DNA from: Octopus bimaculoides
Taxonomy: Eukaryota
Length of the DNA: 64,000 nucleotides
Assembly: GCF_001194135.2 (NCBI RefSeq)
Contig: NC_068981.1
Coordinates: forward strand, 37,844,355-37,908,354
Direction of reading: 5' to 3'
The position numbers were made by a program, and so were the translations under genes. Numbering within the stretch: position 1 is the stretch's first letter; each line of letters opens with the position of its first letter. The notes beneath the pieces were generated by a model. It saw only the letters and a list, made by a program, of their open reading frames with translations. It was not told the DNA's origin and searched no databases. Of the stretch, positions 1 through 11,460 are shown piece by piece.

Positions 1-470
1 AAATACCTCGAGTCTTTGGGCCTCATGGCGCAGAACATTGGCAAATCTTTTCTTATCTGCTTCCCCTCTGGCTAAATAAACCTGTGGCCTAGCTTCCATT
101 CTGGCAGATTGGTACAATTCCATGCTACCACCGTTCTTCCAGTCCTTCCAAGCCTGTTTTTTTTTTGTCTAATAGCCCCGTCTACCTCCTTGTTCCACCA
201 CCACGTTACTCTGGGTCGAGAGGGGACTTTACACCAGCCACAGATCTGGCCGGTGGCTCTCAACAGGTTGTCCCGCAGAAATCTCCAATTGTCTTCCACG
301 TTGTATGATGCTATATACCCTTCTATTTCCTCAAATGCTTCAAGTAACTTGTCTCTAAGTAACTTGTCTACAATGTTGGATAAAATGCCTCGTCATATTT
401 GTTCCAACTCTCTGCATTCTGAGTTCAATTACCGCCAAGGCTGGCTTTCCATTTCATCCCTTTAGAATCA
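1..470 (-). mobile_element. RTE-clade LINE ORF fragment (region between endonuclease and RT), decayed
   Basis: Minus ORF 72-299 reads ...RPRVTWWWNKEVDGAIRQKK...; TWWWNxEV is typical of RTE-clade LINEs. Frameshifted. Confidence 0.75.
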
Positions 471-1260
471 ATAAAATTATTGTAACAATCTTGGGTGATG
501 GGCTGTTCGAACTGTTGGAGTATTAGATAGAATGTCTTTGGATAATTGTTCCAGATTTTGGCATTCAGACAGTAATACCTGCAATAATCATGGTGCAAAG
601 CTGCATCAGCTCTAAGATCATGGCCTTCCTCTTGGACCGCATCCTAGTTTAGCTCTGCTCATATAAGTGCAGTTACATTATTGATAGAAGCCCCTGATCT
701 AATGCCCTTATATGAACAATCTTATAAAACCAAATAACCCAAAATTCATTTGTTGTTTCCACTGATAGTAGCCTGATTTTATTGTAAACATGGTATTTTC
801 AGATTTAGAAATAAAAAGTTTCAAAGTAGTTTACCCAAAACTTGAGAACTACGCATTCATTGCTGACTAATCGTTATTAGTTCAGTGATGATGCTTCAGT
901 TGATGGTGATGGTGACAACAATGATGACGATGGGGACACAATGACGACGTCGACAATGATGTAAGTTTCTATTGTAATAGATAACATGAATTCTCTAACT
1001 TATACCTGTCACCATTTCTTGTAACATTCCTAGTAACATATTTGAAGAAAATTTTCACAATAAGAGAAATATCAGTGAAATGTTTATTTCCCCACCACAT
1101 GCATAATAAAACAACATTACGAAAAAATTACCATCATAGCTACTGGTGATTAGCTACTTATGAAATATGCATATATATAGTTCTATGTTTGTGTTTAACA
1201 TATATTTAATAATAAACACATTGAACGTTTGTGTGTATTTATTCATTTTCATGCATACAC

Positions 1261-1425
<165 letters not shown>

Positions 1426-1992
1426 GAAACACACATACCATATCTATATACAATGAAACATGCATATTTTTATGAAAGGAGTGAGATTTATGAAGGTGTG
1501 ACTTGAGGAAAGAAATCAATTTACATTTAGAGGGAAATGTGTTTAATGAAAATATTTACCAATTTTGTTGTCAGGCACAAAGGTGATGAGAAATATTCTA
1601 GTTTGCAGTCAAATATTAAATCATTTTTCAAAATGATAGCTGCCAGTTAAGAGGGTGAATTTGTTTTCTTTTTATGTATTTATTAATTTCTTGTTTATTT
1701 ATTTATTTCTAATTTGAATGCTGCACCTTGTGACTAAGAAAAAATTAATTCATATCCAAGGTTAAATATTTACATCAGTAATTTTAAAGGAAACTTACAT
1801 ATTGTATACTATAAGAATATGTGAATTTGTTTGTGTGTGCTTATGCATGTATACATATATATAAATAGATATACACACACAAATATATGTGTGTATGTGT
1901 ACACAAACACCCCCCACACATACATACATATATATATATATAAATAAGTACACATACACACATATATATGTGTATATTTATATGTACATATA

Positions 1993-2072
<80 letters not shown>

Positions 2073-2185
2073 GTTTAACTCTCTGGTAGAAAGAAAGAGA
2101 GCGAGAATGTTTAGTGACAGATTACTCACAAATAAAGAAATCATGCATTCACACACACATCTTTTCTCTTATCTCAGACACATCA

Positions 2186-2495
2186 TCATCGTTTAACGTC
2201 CGTTTTCGATGCTGGCATGGGTTGGATGGTTCGACTGGGAAGCCAGGAGGCTGCACCAAGGCTCCAGTCTGATCTGGTAGTGTTTCTACAGTTGGATGCC
2301 CTTCCTAACGTTGACCACTCCGAGAGTGTAGTGGGTGGTTATTATGTGCCACTGGCACAGGGGCCAGAGGGGGTTGGCATCGACCACATTTGGATGGTGC
2401 TTTTACGTGCCACCAGCATGGGGGCCAGTCAAGGTGGTGCTGGCATCAGCCACATTTGGATGGTACTTTTTATGTGCCACTGGCACAGGGAGCCG
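2186..2495 (-). mobile_element. 3' end of RTE-family LINE (or derived SINE), (ATG)n tail, about 2.5 copies of the 66-bp UTR repeat
   Basis: Starts catcatcatcgtttaacgtccg and contains ggatgcccttcctaac...cactccgagagtgtagtggg; matches the 3' UTR of the ORF-bearing copy at 23245-24200. Confidence 0.85.
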
Positions 2496-2699
2496 GAATC
2501 AATCCCTCTTCTGCTAGATGGACAACTGTAGATCTGAAGGTGGGTAGTGCTACAACTTAGGTTACTTCCTATGAGATCTGGGGTTTGAACTTTCAGAAGC
2601 CATTTTCTTATGCCGGTGCTATGATGCTATGTAGTTATATACAAGTACATGCTATAGTGTTATGTAGTTATTATGTTCTAAGCTAACACAAACTTAGAA

Positions 2700-3830
2700 A
2701 GCTAAATTTTAAAGTTTATTTCAAGATTTCTTGTCAATAGAGAAAGGACCAGTTTCTAACCTAGATCCAAGGCTCCTTCATTGGAATTTCAACATCAACA
2801 ACAGGGTATGTATGTATGTACGTATGTATGTATGTATGTATGTATGTGCAGATTTGTATGTTTTATGTATGTATTCTCATGCATATAGTTGTATATGTAG
2901 ACATGCTCATATATATTTAAATGATAAACTTCTGGAAAGTTTTACAGATTTTTACAGTTCCAGTAATAGATTGAATCTGTAATCTTCGAAGTAGCTTTCT
3001 CCTTTCTGGTTTTGAGAAGCCTAATTTCTCAAGGTTTGTATTTAGAGAGTGTGTTACATATCCATGGCCCCAATAATTACAGGTATAAAGCTAAACTTGT
3101 AATCTGGATAGAGTAACTGCAGATTTCGCAATAGTTCAGCATAGATTTTCCCTTTTTCACTGATCTTCAGCTTTATGTTAAGATCTGCTGGGCAGCTAAT
3201 TTCTACAATTGTGCACAGTTTCTCTTCTCTATCCCTAAATCATCATATCAAGTCTGTTGTGCTTTCATTTTATTGAGGTCTTCACTGGTACATTCCACCA
3301 GTATTCCTTTTTTATTATGAGTGGCTATGGCTTCTACCATACAGTGGGTTCTTATTTCTGTCCTCAAGATTATCCTTCTGATGGATTTCATTATAGAGTG
3401 TATGTATGTATGCATATTTGTATGTATGTATGTATGTATGTATGTATGTATGTATGTATGTATGTATGTATGTATGTATGTATATATGTATGTATGCAGG
3501 TATGTATGCAGGTATGTATTCATGTATGCATCTATACATATCAAGCATACCATCTTTTCACATAGCTATAAAATATTGCCTTCTTTTCTGTCAGCTAAAA
3601 CCTTTGTCTTTGAAACCTTTACTATTAGGTTTCCCAATTCTTTTTACTTTTGCATTAAGTATTTCTTCCTTGAATTTTTGATATATCCAACAATACAAAC
3701 AAGCTATTATGTGTCTGTATTCCTGTGATGGTTGCAACCTATAACAGAATGGAGGGAGCTGAGATCCAATTCTTGATGGACACCTACCTGAATGCTTTAT
3801 TTGTAGGTGTCTCAAAACTCATTCATTTAC
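2700..3830 (-). mobile_element. RLE-type (R4/Dong/NeSL-like) LINE 3' portion, decayed, interrupted by (TATG)n
   Basis: Minus translation gives KKEYWWNVP...HNRLD...LCTIVEISCPADLNI...LLRNLQLLYPDYKFSFIPVIIG...LEKLGFSK...LRRLQIQSITGTVKICKTF, closely similar to ORF 38487-38975 (restriction-like endonuclease domain). Confidence 0.8.
3402..3530. repeat. (TATG)n microsatellite inside the LINE ORF
   Basis: Seen directly. Confidence 0.95.
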
Positions 3831-4834
3831 ATCAAGTATTTTTAGCTCCATCAGCCTATAGAACCTAGTATTCTGTCAAAGCCTTCTCAAGGTCAACAAA
3901 TACTAGATATAGTAGGTTGCTGCTGGCTAAGAAAGTTCTATATTTTTTACTGTTCTTTCTCATACATTTTATCTGTATTATATTATTTGTGTTACTTGCT
4001 GTATTTAGATAACTAGCACTGTCAGGTAAAACTTCAACAAATGTACCAGCCTCCCAGATAATGATAATATAACTAATTGTATACTAAGTTATTCTATAGG
4101 TTTATATATATCTTTCTCTGATCAATGATCAATGCTAAGCCTATTTTTACTGAAAACCAGAATATCTGACAACAAAACATATGCACAACCAAAAAAGAAA
4201 AATTTACAATCCATAGTTGCATGCATTTGTTAGAAAATGGATTTAGCTCTGTTTACTGGAAATAACAAATATCCCTCAAATTACACCAGTCTTAAAAACA
4301 AAAGGATACATTGGACAATAAAGTCATTGATATACAAATGGATGGCTTGATCACAGCTGGTCTACTTTATATTGTAGATCAGCTCAGTGATGGCTGAGTT
4401 AGGTGCAAAAGAAGAACAGATATACATATATGAGTACATATAGACTCACACACTAATGAATAAACATACAAGAATATATGTGTGTGTGTAAAGAGTGGAC
4501 GAATGAATGATAGACAGGTAGCTAGCTAGCTAGATAAATCGATAGACAGATATCTTTTTATTATAGCCACACAGGGCTAAATACAGAAAATGGACAAATT
4601 ACAAAGTAGAGCTTGGGGGGGGGGATGATTTGGATCAAAAGGGATCGCGGGAAGAAAAAAAAAAAAAANNNNNNNNNNAAGACCACGGTCACCTCAGGCT
4701 TTTTTTTTTAAAGGTACATGAAAGTAAGTACCTTCTCTCTTTTTGTCTCTTTTTGTTACAAGTCTATGCTTAAAATGGTGTCGTCTTTCATTCTTACCAT
4801 TCTTGCCACATTTACCCATTTTTTATTGAAACAT

Positions 4835-4838
4835 AGAC

Positions 4839-4908
<70 letters not shown>

Positions 4909-4910
4909 GT
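4835..4910. repeat. (AGAT)n microsatellite
   Basis: Seen directly. Confidence 0.95.
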
Positions 4911-6114
4911 AGGCAGGAGGCAGGCAGCCAGTCAGCCAACCAGTCGACCAGCCAGCCAGACAGACAGCCAGACAGGCAGATAAATGGATAGGTAGATAAA
5001 AAGAAAGAGAAAGAGAGAACATTGTTTGGTAGGTATTGGGAAAATTGTGAAAACAAATCTTAATCTTCTCACACAAGAATTCCTCTACAGAATGCCATAA
5101 ACTATAAACTATACTGTTCTGAGAATGTGGAGTTGTGCATTGTTTAAACAAGTATGTAGATACTGTATGAGTATGTGTACATGTATGGGAGTGTTTATAT
5201 CTGTGTGTGTGTGTGTGTGTGTGTGCGTGCGCGCGCGCATGCGTGCGCGTGTGTGTGTATGCAATTAAGATTAAACTTGGTGCACCTGGTGTCAGAAAAT
5301 CAAAGAGATGTAATAAATAGGTTTATATCTGTGTTAAAGTAACCGTCATTTACCAAAGAGGATAAGAGATAAGTAGGAAAAGACTAAGCAGTGGGGTAGA
5401 AATGAGAATGATTGAAATGAGCAAGACAATAGAAGATTTATTCCTGAGTCATGTCTTTAATAATGTTAACCAGTTGACTGGAATCATTTCTAAAACTAAT
5501 AGTTCTGTTACTTCTTAAAGATTATTGAAGAATCTACCACACAAAAAATTTTGATCGAAAATTTAAGTAAATGGTATGGAATGGGTAAAGAGCAATTTGA
5601 ACTTATAATAAAAGAATGTACAATAATCCTAGATTTTGTTTAGACCTATGATCAAAGACATTCCATTCATGACCATCTCATATTTTCCAGATTTATTTTA
5701 TATCTGAAACTACGGTACCTAATGTATCTTTTCTTTTCTGAGATGGTAGAGTATGATCTGAAGAAGAATTGTTTCCTCTTTCTGGTAAGTTGAAATCCGA
5801 CAGAGAAGTTCTTATGTTGGATTCCATGGATGATAATTTAAAATAAAAACATTGTTAGATGTATATATTTGTCCAACATCATTTAAATCCTTAAATTTCC
5901 TGAAATAAGCAGCTTGCAATTAAAATTTTATGTAAAATACATATGGGAAAGTTAATGGATTATAGATAACGGAATATAAATTCAATTATAACTACTGGAT
6001 TATTGAATACATCTTTTGTATGCATCTATTTCTACATTAAGTATTCATAAGATTACTGACCAATAATCTGCAGTTCCCTGTGCTAACATATAGAGAGTAA
6101 TGGTATGTGTATAT

Positions 6115-6159
<45 letters not shown>

Positions 6160-6679
6160 CACACACATATTCACATACAAACACACAACTGTATCAAAAT
6201 TGTAATGAGGATGCATAGTATAATACATTTACAATAAACGCCACCACTGACAACAACAACAACAGCAACAGCAATGAAAGTGAATACACATATGTGTCTG
6301 CATACATTTAATAGCAAAAATGAAAACAACGGGAACAAAAAAAACAAAGTTCACACACATCCACATGCACACCATAAAAAAGAAATACAAAAACACACGA
6401 AATTATAAGACCATTTACAAGTACACACATGCATACTTAAATACAAATAAATATCAGATGCAAAAAAAGATAAATGGCAGTTGCAGGAAGTCATTTCAAA
6501 GGTCACATTTTTATGGTTGAAAACCTTCAGCAGACTAATCAATTTATTTGAAATAATCAATTTAATAATTTAACCACAGCCAGTACATGTATTTTATTTG
6601 CAAAATGACTGTCTCAAAGTACAATAATATCTATTTCAACACTGTTTAACATCATGAATATTGCAAACCAAATACAAAT

Positions 6680-6860
6680 CATCATCATCATCAGTAAGAT
6701 CATCACCACCATCATCATCATCCCCATCAATGTCATCATCGTTGCCATCATCATCATCATTGTCATCATCATTGTCGTTGTCATCATCGTCATCATCATT
6801 GTTGTTGTTGTTGTTGTCATTATCATTATTATCATCACTATCATCATTGTTGTCATCAAG
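6680..6860. repeat. Degenerate (ATC)/(GTT) trinucleotide tract
   Basis: Seen directly; source of the poly-I/S/D/M ORFs. Confidence 0.9.
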
Positions 6861-6954
6861 TGGTGGCTTGAGTTGGATAGTTCGAGAAAAACTGACAAGC
6901 CAGAGGCCTGACTCAAACTCTGTTGTCTGTTTTGGCATAGTTTCTACAGCTGGA

Positions 6955-7201
6955 TACCTTTACCTACTTATTTCTTTATTGCCCACAAGGGGCTAAACAA
7001 AGAGGAGACAAACAAGGACAGACAAAGGGATTAAGTCGATTACATAGACCCCAGTGTGTAACTGGTACTTAATTTATCGACTCTGTAAGGATGAAACGCA
7101 AAGTCGACCTCAGCGGAATTTGGACTCAGAATATAGCAGCAGACGAAATACCGCTAAGCATTTCGCCTGGCATGCTAAAGTTTCTGCTAGCTCACTGCCT
7201 T
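6955..7201 (-). mobile_element. tRNA-derived SINE with Nin/Deu-like central domain
   Basis: Minus strand: A-box-like ggcagtgagctagcag, B-box-like gagtccaaattcc, then gtcgactttgcgtttcatcc...gtcgataaattaagtaccag. Homologous to 27583-27784. Confidence 0.75.
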
Positions 7202-7376
7202 ATCTTTACCTTTACCTACTGCCAACCACTTTACATAGACTACTCAGTACTTTTTCCATAGCACCAACACTAGTCAGGGTCACCAAGTAACTTATGAGAC
7301 AAGTCAAAGACCAGTTGTCTTGAAGTAATATATCATTTAGAGAATTAACATATATATATATATATATATATGTATA

Positions 7377-7655
7377 TCATCGCCAGTGCCCGTGGACTGG
7401 CTCTTGTGCAGGTGGCACATAAAATACACCATTTTGAGCATGGCCATTGCCAGTACCGCCTGACTGGCCTTTGTGCCGGTGGCACGTAAAAGCACCCACT
7501 ACACTCTCGGAGTGGTTGGCGTTAGGAAGGGCATCCAGCTGTGGAAACTCTGCCAAATCAGATTGGAGCCTGGTGTAGCCATCTGGTTTCACCAGTCCTC
7601 AGTCAAATCGTCCTACCCATGCTAGCATGGAAGGCGGACGTTAAACGGTGATGTA
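7377..7655 (+). mobile_element. RTE-family 3' end, two 66-bp UTR units, flanked by (TA)n
   Basis: gttaggaagggcatccagctg...catgctagcatggaaggcggacgttaaacggtgatg. Confidence 0.85.
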
Positions 7656-7876
7656 TATATATAAATTCAGTAGTTCATATATACAAAAAAGAAGCACAGT
7701 CTAAAGCATTAAAGCTGTAACATGTGTTTTTAGAATGTTGATTGTCATGGCCAGTCAGAGAGAGACAACTAGTTTTGCATGGCTAAATGCTTTTTACATA
7801 CAAAAGCAATGGTCACTCTCTGATTGGCCATAACAATCAACTTCCTAAAATAAAAATATATATATACACATATATG

Positions 7877-8096
7877 TATGAGAGGATGCTAAAAAGTTCC
7901 TAGTTATTGGTAAAAGAAAATACAGAAAATCAATTAATTATGATTTTATTCAACATAGTTCCTTCTTAGATTCACGCACTCATTGCAGCAGTCCTTCAGT
8001 TTTTCTAAGCCCTGTAAAAGAACTTGGAATGTTGGGCTTCCAACCAGGCCTTTCACGATACCTTTAAAGCCAGGAACTTTTCAGCACACTCTCATA
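7877..8096. mobile_element. Tc1/mariner-type MITE (about 220 bp) with terminal inverted repeats and TA flanks
   Basis: Left end tatgagaggatgctaaaaagttcctag; reverse complement of right end tatgagagtgtgctgaaaagttcctgg. Confidence 0.8.
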
Positions 8097-8137
8097 TATG
8101 TATATGTAAGTATAAATATATATGTATATGTGAAGGT

Positions 8138-8360
8138 GTATGGCTCAGTGGTTAGAGCATTGGGTTCACAATCATGAGGTAGTTAGTTTAATTCCTGAGT
8201 TAGCCTGTGTGTTGTGTTCTTGAGCAAGGCACTTTATTTTGTGTTGCTCCAATTATCGGTGGCATGAAGAGGAGAAAGTGGTATGCATGGATGACTGTTG
8301 GTCTTTCATAAACAATCTTGCATGGACTTGTGCCTTGGAGGGGAAATTTCTAGATGCAAA
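8138..8360 (+). mobile_element. tRNA-derived SINE (second family)
   Basis: A-box tggctcagtggttagagc, degenerate B-box, then cttgagcaaggcacttt. A related tail occurs in reverse at 42350-42470. Confidence 0.7.
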
Positions 8361-8688
8361 AAGTTTTTCCTCTCTCTATTTATTTCCGCATGTTCCCTTC
8401 TGTTGAAGAGCATAGGCTCGAAATGTAAAAGATTTTCTCACTTTCCTGAGCATTAAACTAATACACCTGTCTTCGTCATTTGTTTTTCTGTAAATTTCAA
8501 CTACATATATATATATATGCATATATACATAGATATGCATATACATAGATATGTGTNNNNNNNNNNNNNNNNNNNNNNNNNNNNNNNNNNNNNNNNNNNN
8601 NNNNNNNNNNNNNNNNNNNNNNNNNNNNNNNNNNNNNNNNNNNNNNNNNNNNNNNNNNNNNNNNNNNNNNNNNNNNNNNNNNNNNNNN

Positions 8689-8723
<35 letters not shown>

Positions 8724-8756
8724 TCATGATGATGATCATCATCATACATATATACA

Positions 8757-8912
8757 TAGTCCACTCTGCTCACTGCTTGGTGTTAGGAAGGGCTTCCAGC
8801 TGCGAAAACCCTGCCAAAACAGTAACGGAAGTCCAGTGCAGGCTTCCGCCTGGCTGGCTCTTGTGGTACCGTCCCACCCATGCTAGCATGGAACACGGAC
8901 GTTAAATGATGA
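8757..8912 (+). mobile_element. Short RTE-family 3' end
   Basis: gttaggaagggcttccagctg...catgctagcatggaacacggacgttaaatgatga. Confidence 0.8.
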
Positions 8913-9346
8913 ATATATATGTAAAATATATATATTTACACATAAATATATATAATCTAAATAAGACAAAGAAAGATATATATATGCATGTGTGCACAAG
9001 TTGTGTGTGTGTGTGTGTGTGTGTGTTAGTACATGTACATGTGTGTGTGTGTACGTGTATGTGTGTGTGTGTAAATCTGTTGAAAATGTATAGAATAGGA
9101 ATAGTTATCATCTGTAAGATAGGACAAATGTACTCATCTCATTGAGCAATTTGAAAGAAAATAGTGAAAGTATGTAGGATTTTTGATTTATCAAAGTTAA
9201 ATTCTGTGAATGATTTACTTGATAAGAATAGAAATCAGAAATTTTTATAAACATAAAAAGTGATCAATAGAAAGTTTAGATATTTTCAAAAGAGGAAGAC
9301 ATAAAACTACATTTTAATCACTGTTTTTAGAGGATTATTTTTATCA

Positions 9347-9437
<91 letters not shown>

Positions 9438-9999
9438 CTCAGCCAAGCCTGCATCTATGTACATACACATTCACATATACACATGTAGTTCATTAGCATC
9501 TTTCAACATCTTGGTTTTATTAAACTTTAGTCTATTTCTCCTCTGAACTTACTATTTCTAATCTGCTCTTTCCTTAAAAACCACTTAAAACCTACAATTT
9601 TCAAATTCTATACAACTGCATTTCATCTCCCATGAAACATTTATTTAAATTATTGCAATCAAAAGAGAAGCATTCCCATGAATTCTCCCATCAGAAATTT
9701 CCTTGAATTGTGCTGACACTATTCTGATTTTCAAAACTGTTGTTTAGTTTCACAAAGAAAATCCTTAGATTCCCAAACCTCTTTGTGTTTGGATGCTCAG
9801 GTGAATAATTGAAAATAATTTGATATAGACACAAGGCTATCAAATTTGAGGGGTGGGTTGTCATTACCACTGACCCCACCACTTAACTAGTACTTTACTT
9901 GGACTCAACAGGTAAAGAGCCACAACAAATGCTACAAAATATTTTTCCAATGCTGATAATTCAGCCAGCTCACTACAATGGCAGGGACAAACACAAAAC

Positions 10000-10252
10000 A
10001 GCTGTTTCTACGGCTGGATGCCCTTCCTAATGCCAATCACTCTGAGAGAGTAGTGGATGATTTTACATGCGACTGGCATTGACCGAACACCGACATCAGT
10101 CATGATTACAGTCTAACTTGTCTTGACATATCTACACGAGCACGGTATGTTGCTAAAAGTCATGGTCACTCCTTCACTGCCTCCATAAGGCCCAACACGC
10201 AAACAGTGCTTGTTACATGCCACCGGCATGGGTGCCAGTCAAACAGCACTGG

Positions 10253-10256
<4 letters not shown>
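10000..10256 (-). mobile_element. RTE-family 3' UTR fragment
   Basis: gtttctacggctggatgcccttcctaatgccaatcactc... Confidence 0.7.
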
Positions 10257-10314
<58 letters not shown>

Positions 10315-10419
10315 AGTATATATCTATTATTAGAATATTAAGTGATGTATGGATAAGAAAAAAGAAATTAGCTACTGGATTACAAGAAAGCATTTTCTAG
10401 GGAGACATGTTCTTTCTGC

Positions 10420-11460
10420 ATTAAGCTTCATCATTGTGTTAATCCTTCTGGATTGAGAAAATCCAGGTCTGCCTATGAATCTACCAAATCTAAGATGAGA
10501 ATAAATCACCTTCTTTATATGTATGACCTCAAGCTGTGTATAAAAATGAGTCAGACCTAGATTATTTGATTCAAACAGAGAGTATTCATTAATGATATTG
10601 GAATGCAATTTGGAGTAAATAAGTGCATAGTACTTATTATGAAGTGGGGTCAGAAAGAATACAAACTGAAGGCGTAAAATTACCACAAGACATCATTAGA
10701 TCACTGTGGAATAATAATGGGTACAAATATCTAGGAGTGCTACAAGACGATGGGATAATGAAAGGAGAAATGAGAGAAAAAGTCACTAAAGAGCATGAGA
10801 GGGGGATTAGGTAGGTACTCAAAATAAAATTAAATGGAAGGAACATCATGAAAGCCATAAATACATGGACTATGTCAGAACTGAGATGCTCAGTTCCCTT
10901 TCTAAGTTGTGCGAAGGTTGAGCTGTAGAAATTGGATGAAAGAACTAAAAGCTGCTCACAATGCACAAGGCACTCCATCTTAAAAGTAGTACCAACTGAC
11001 TCTGACTATCAAGAAGAAGGTAGTAGAGGATTATAAAACACAGGAGATACTGTTAGTACTGTAATACTGGGTTTGAAAAATAATGTGCAGAGTAAAAAAA
11101 GAATACAATTAGTGGCCAGAGATATTCAACAAATTACCAAAACAGTAGGAGAATTCAAAGAGAGAAGATAGAACAGAGCAAATAGACATTCAAGAACAAG
11201 ACCTTGGAACAAGTCTGATAGAGGCAAAGATTGACAAAATTCAATCAGATAGCAAATGTATAATCCGCAAGAAAGGAGATGAAAGTATCAATCATATTTT
11301 GAGAGAGTGCAGTATTCTAGCACAAAAGGAGTATAAATGCAGATATGACTGTGTAGGTAAAAGAATGCATTGGGGTGTTACCTGAGTGTGTGACTTCAAA
11401 ACCACAGAAACATGGTATGAACATGAACTTGAGTTACCAGTAAATTTCATAAGTAGACAG
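10420..11460 (+). mobile_element. R4/Dong-like RLE LINE fragment (RT C-terminus to CCHC knuckle), decayed
   Basis: Plus translations give GMQFGVNKC, YKYLGVLQDDGIMKGEMREKVTKE, VLKIKLNGRNIMKAINTW and ILRECSILAQKEYKCRYDCVGKRMHW. Confidence 0.85.

Noticed and set aside
8138-8210. tRNA-like sequence
   Set aside because: SINE head with a degenerate B-box and no cloverleaf; not a tRNA gene.
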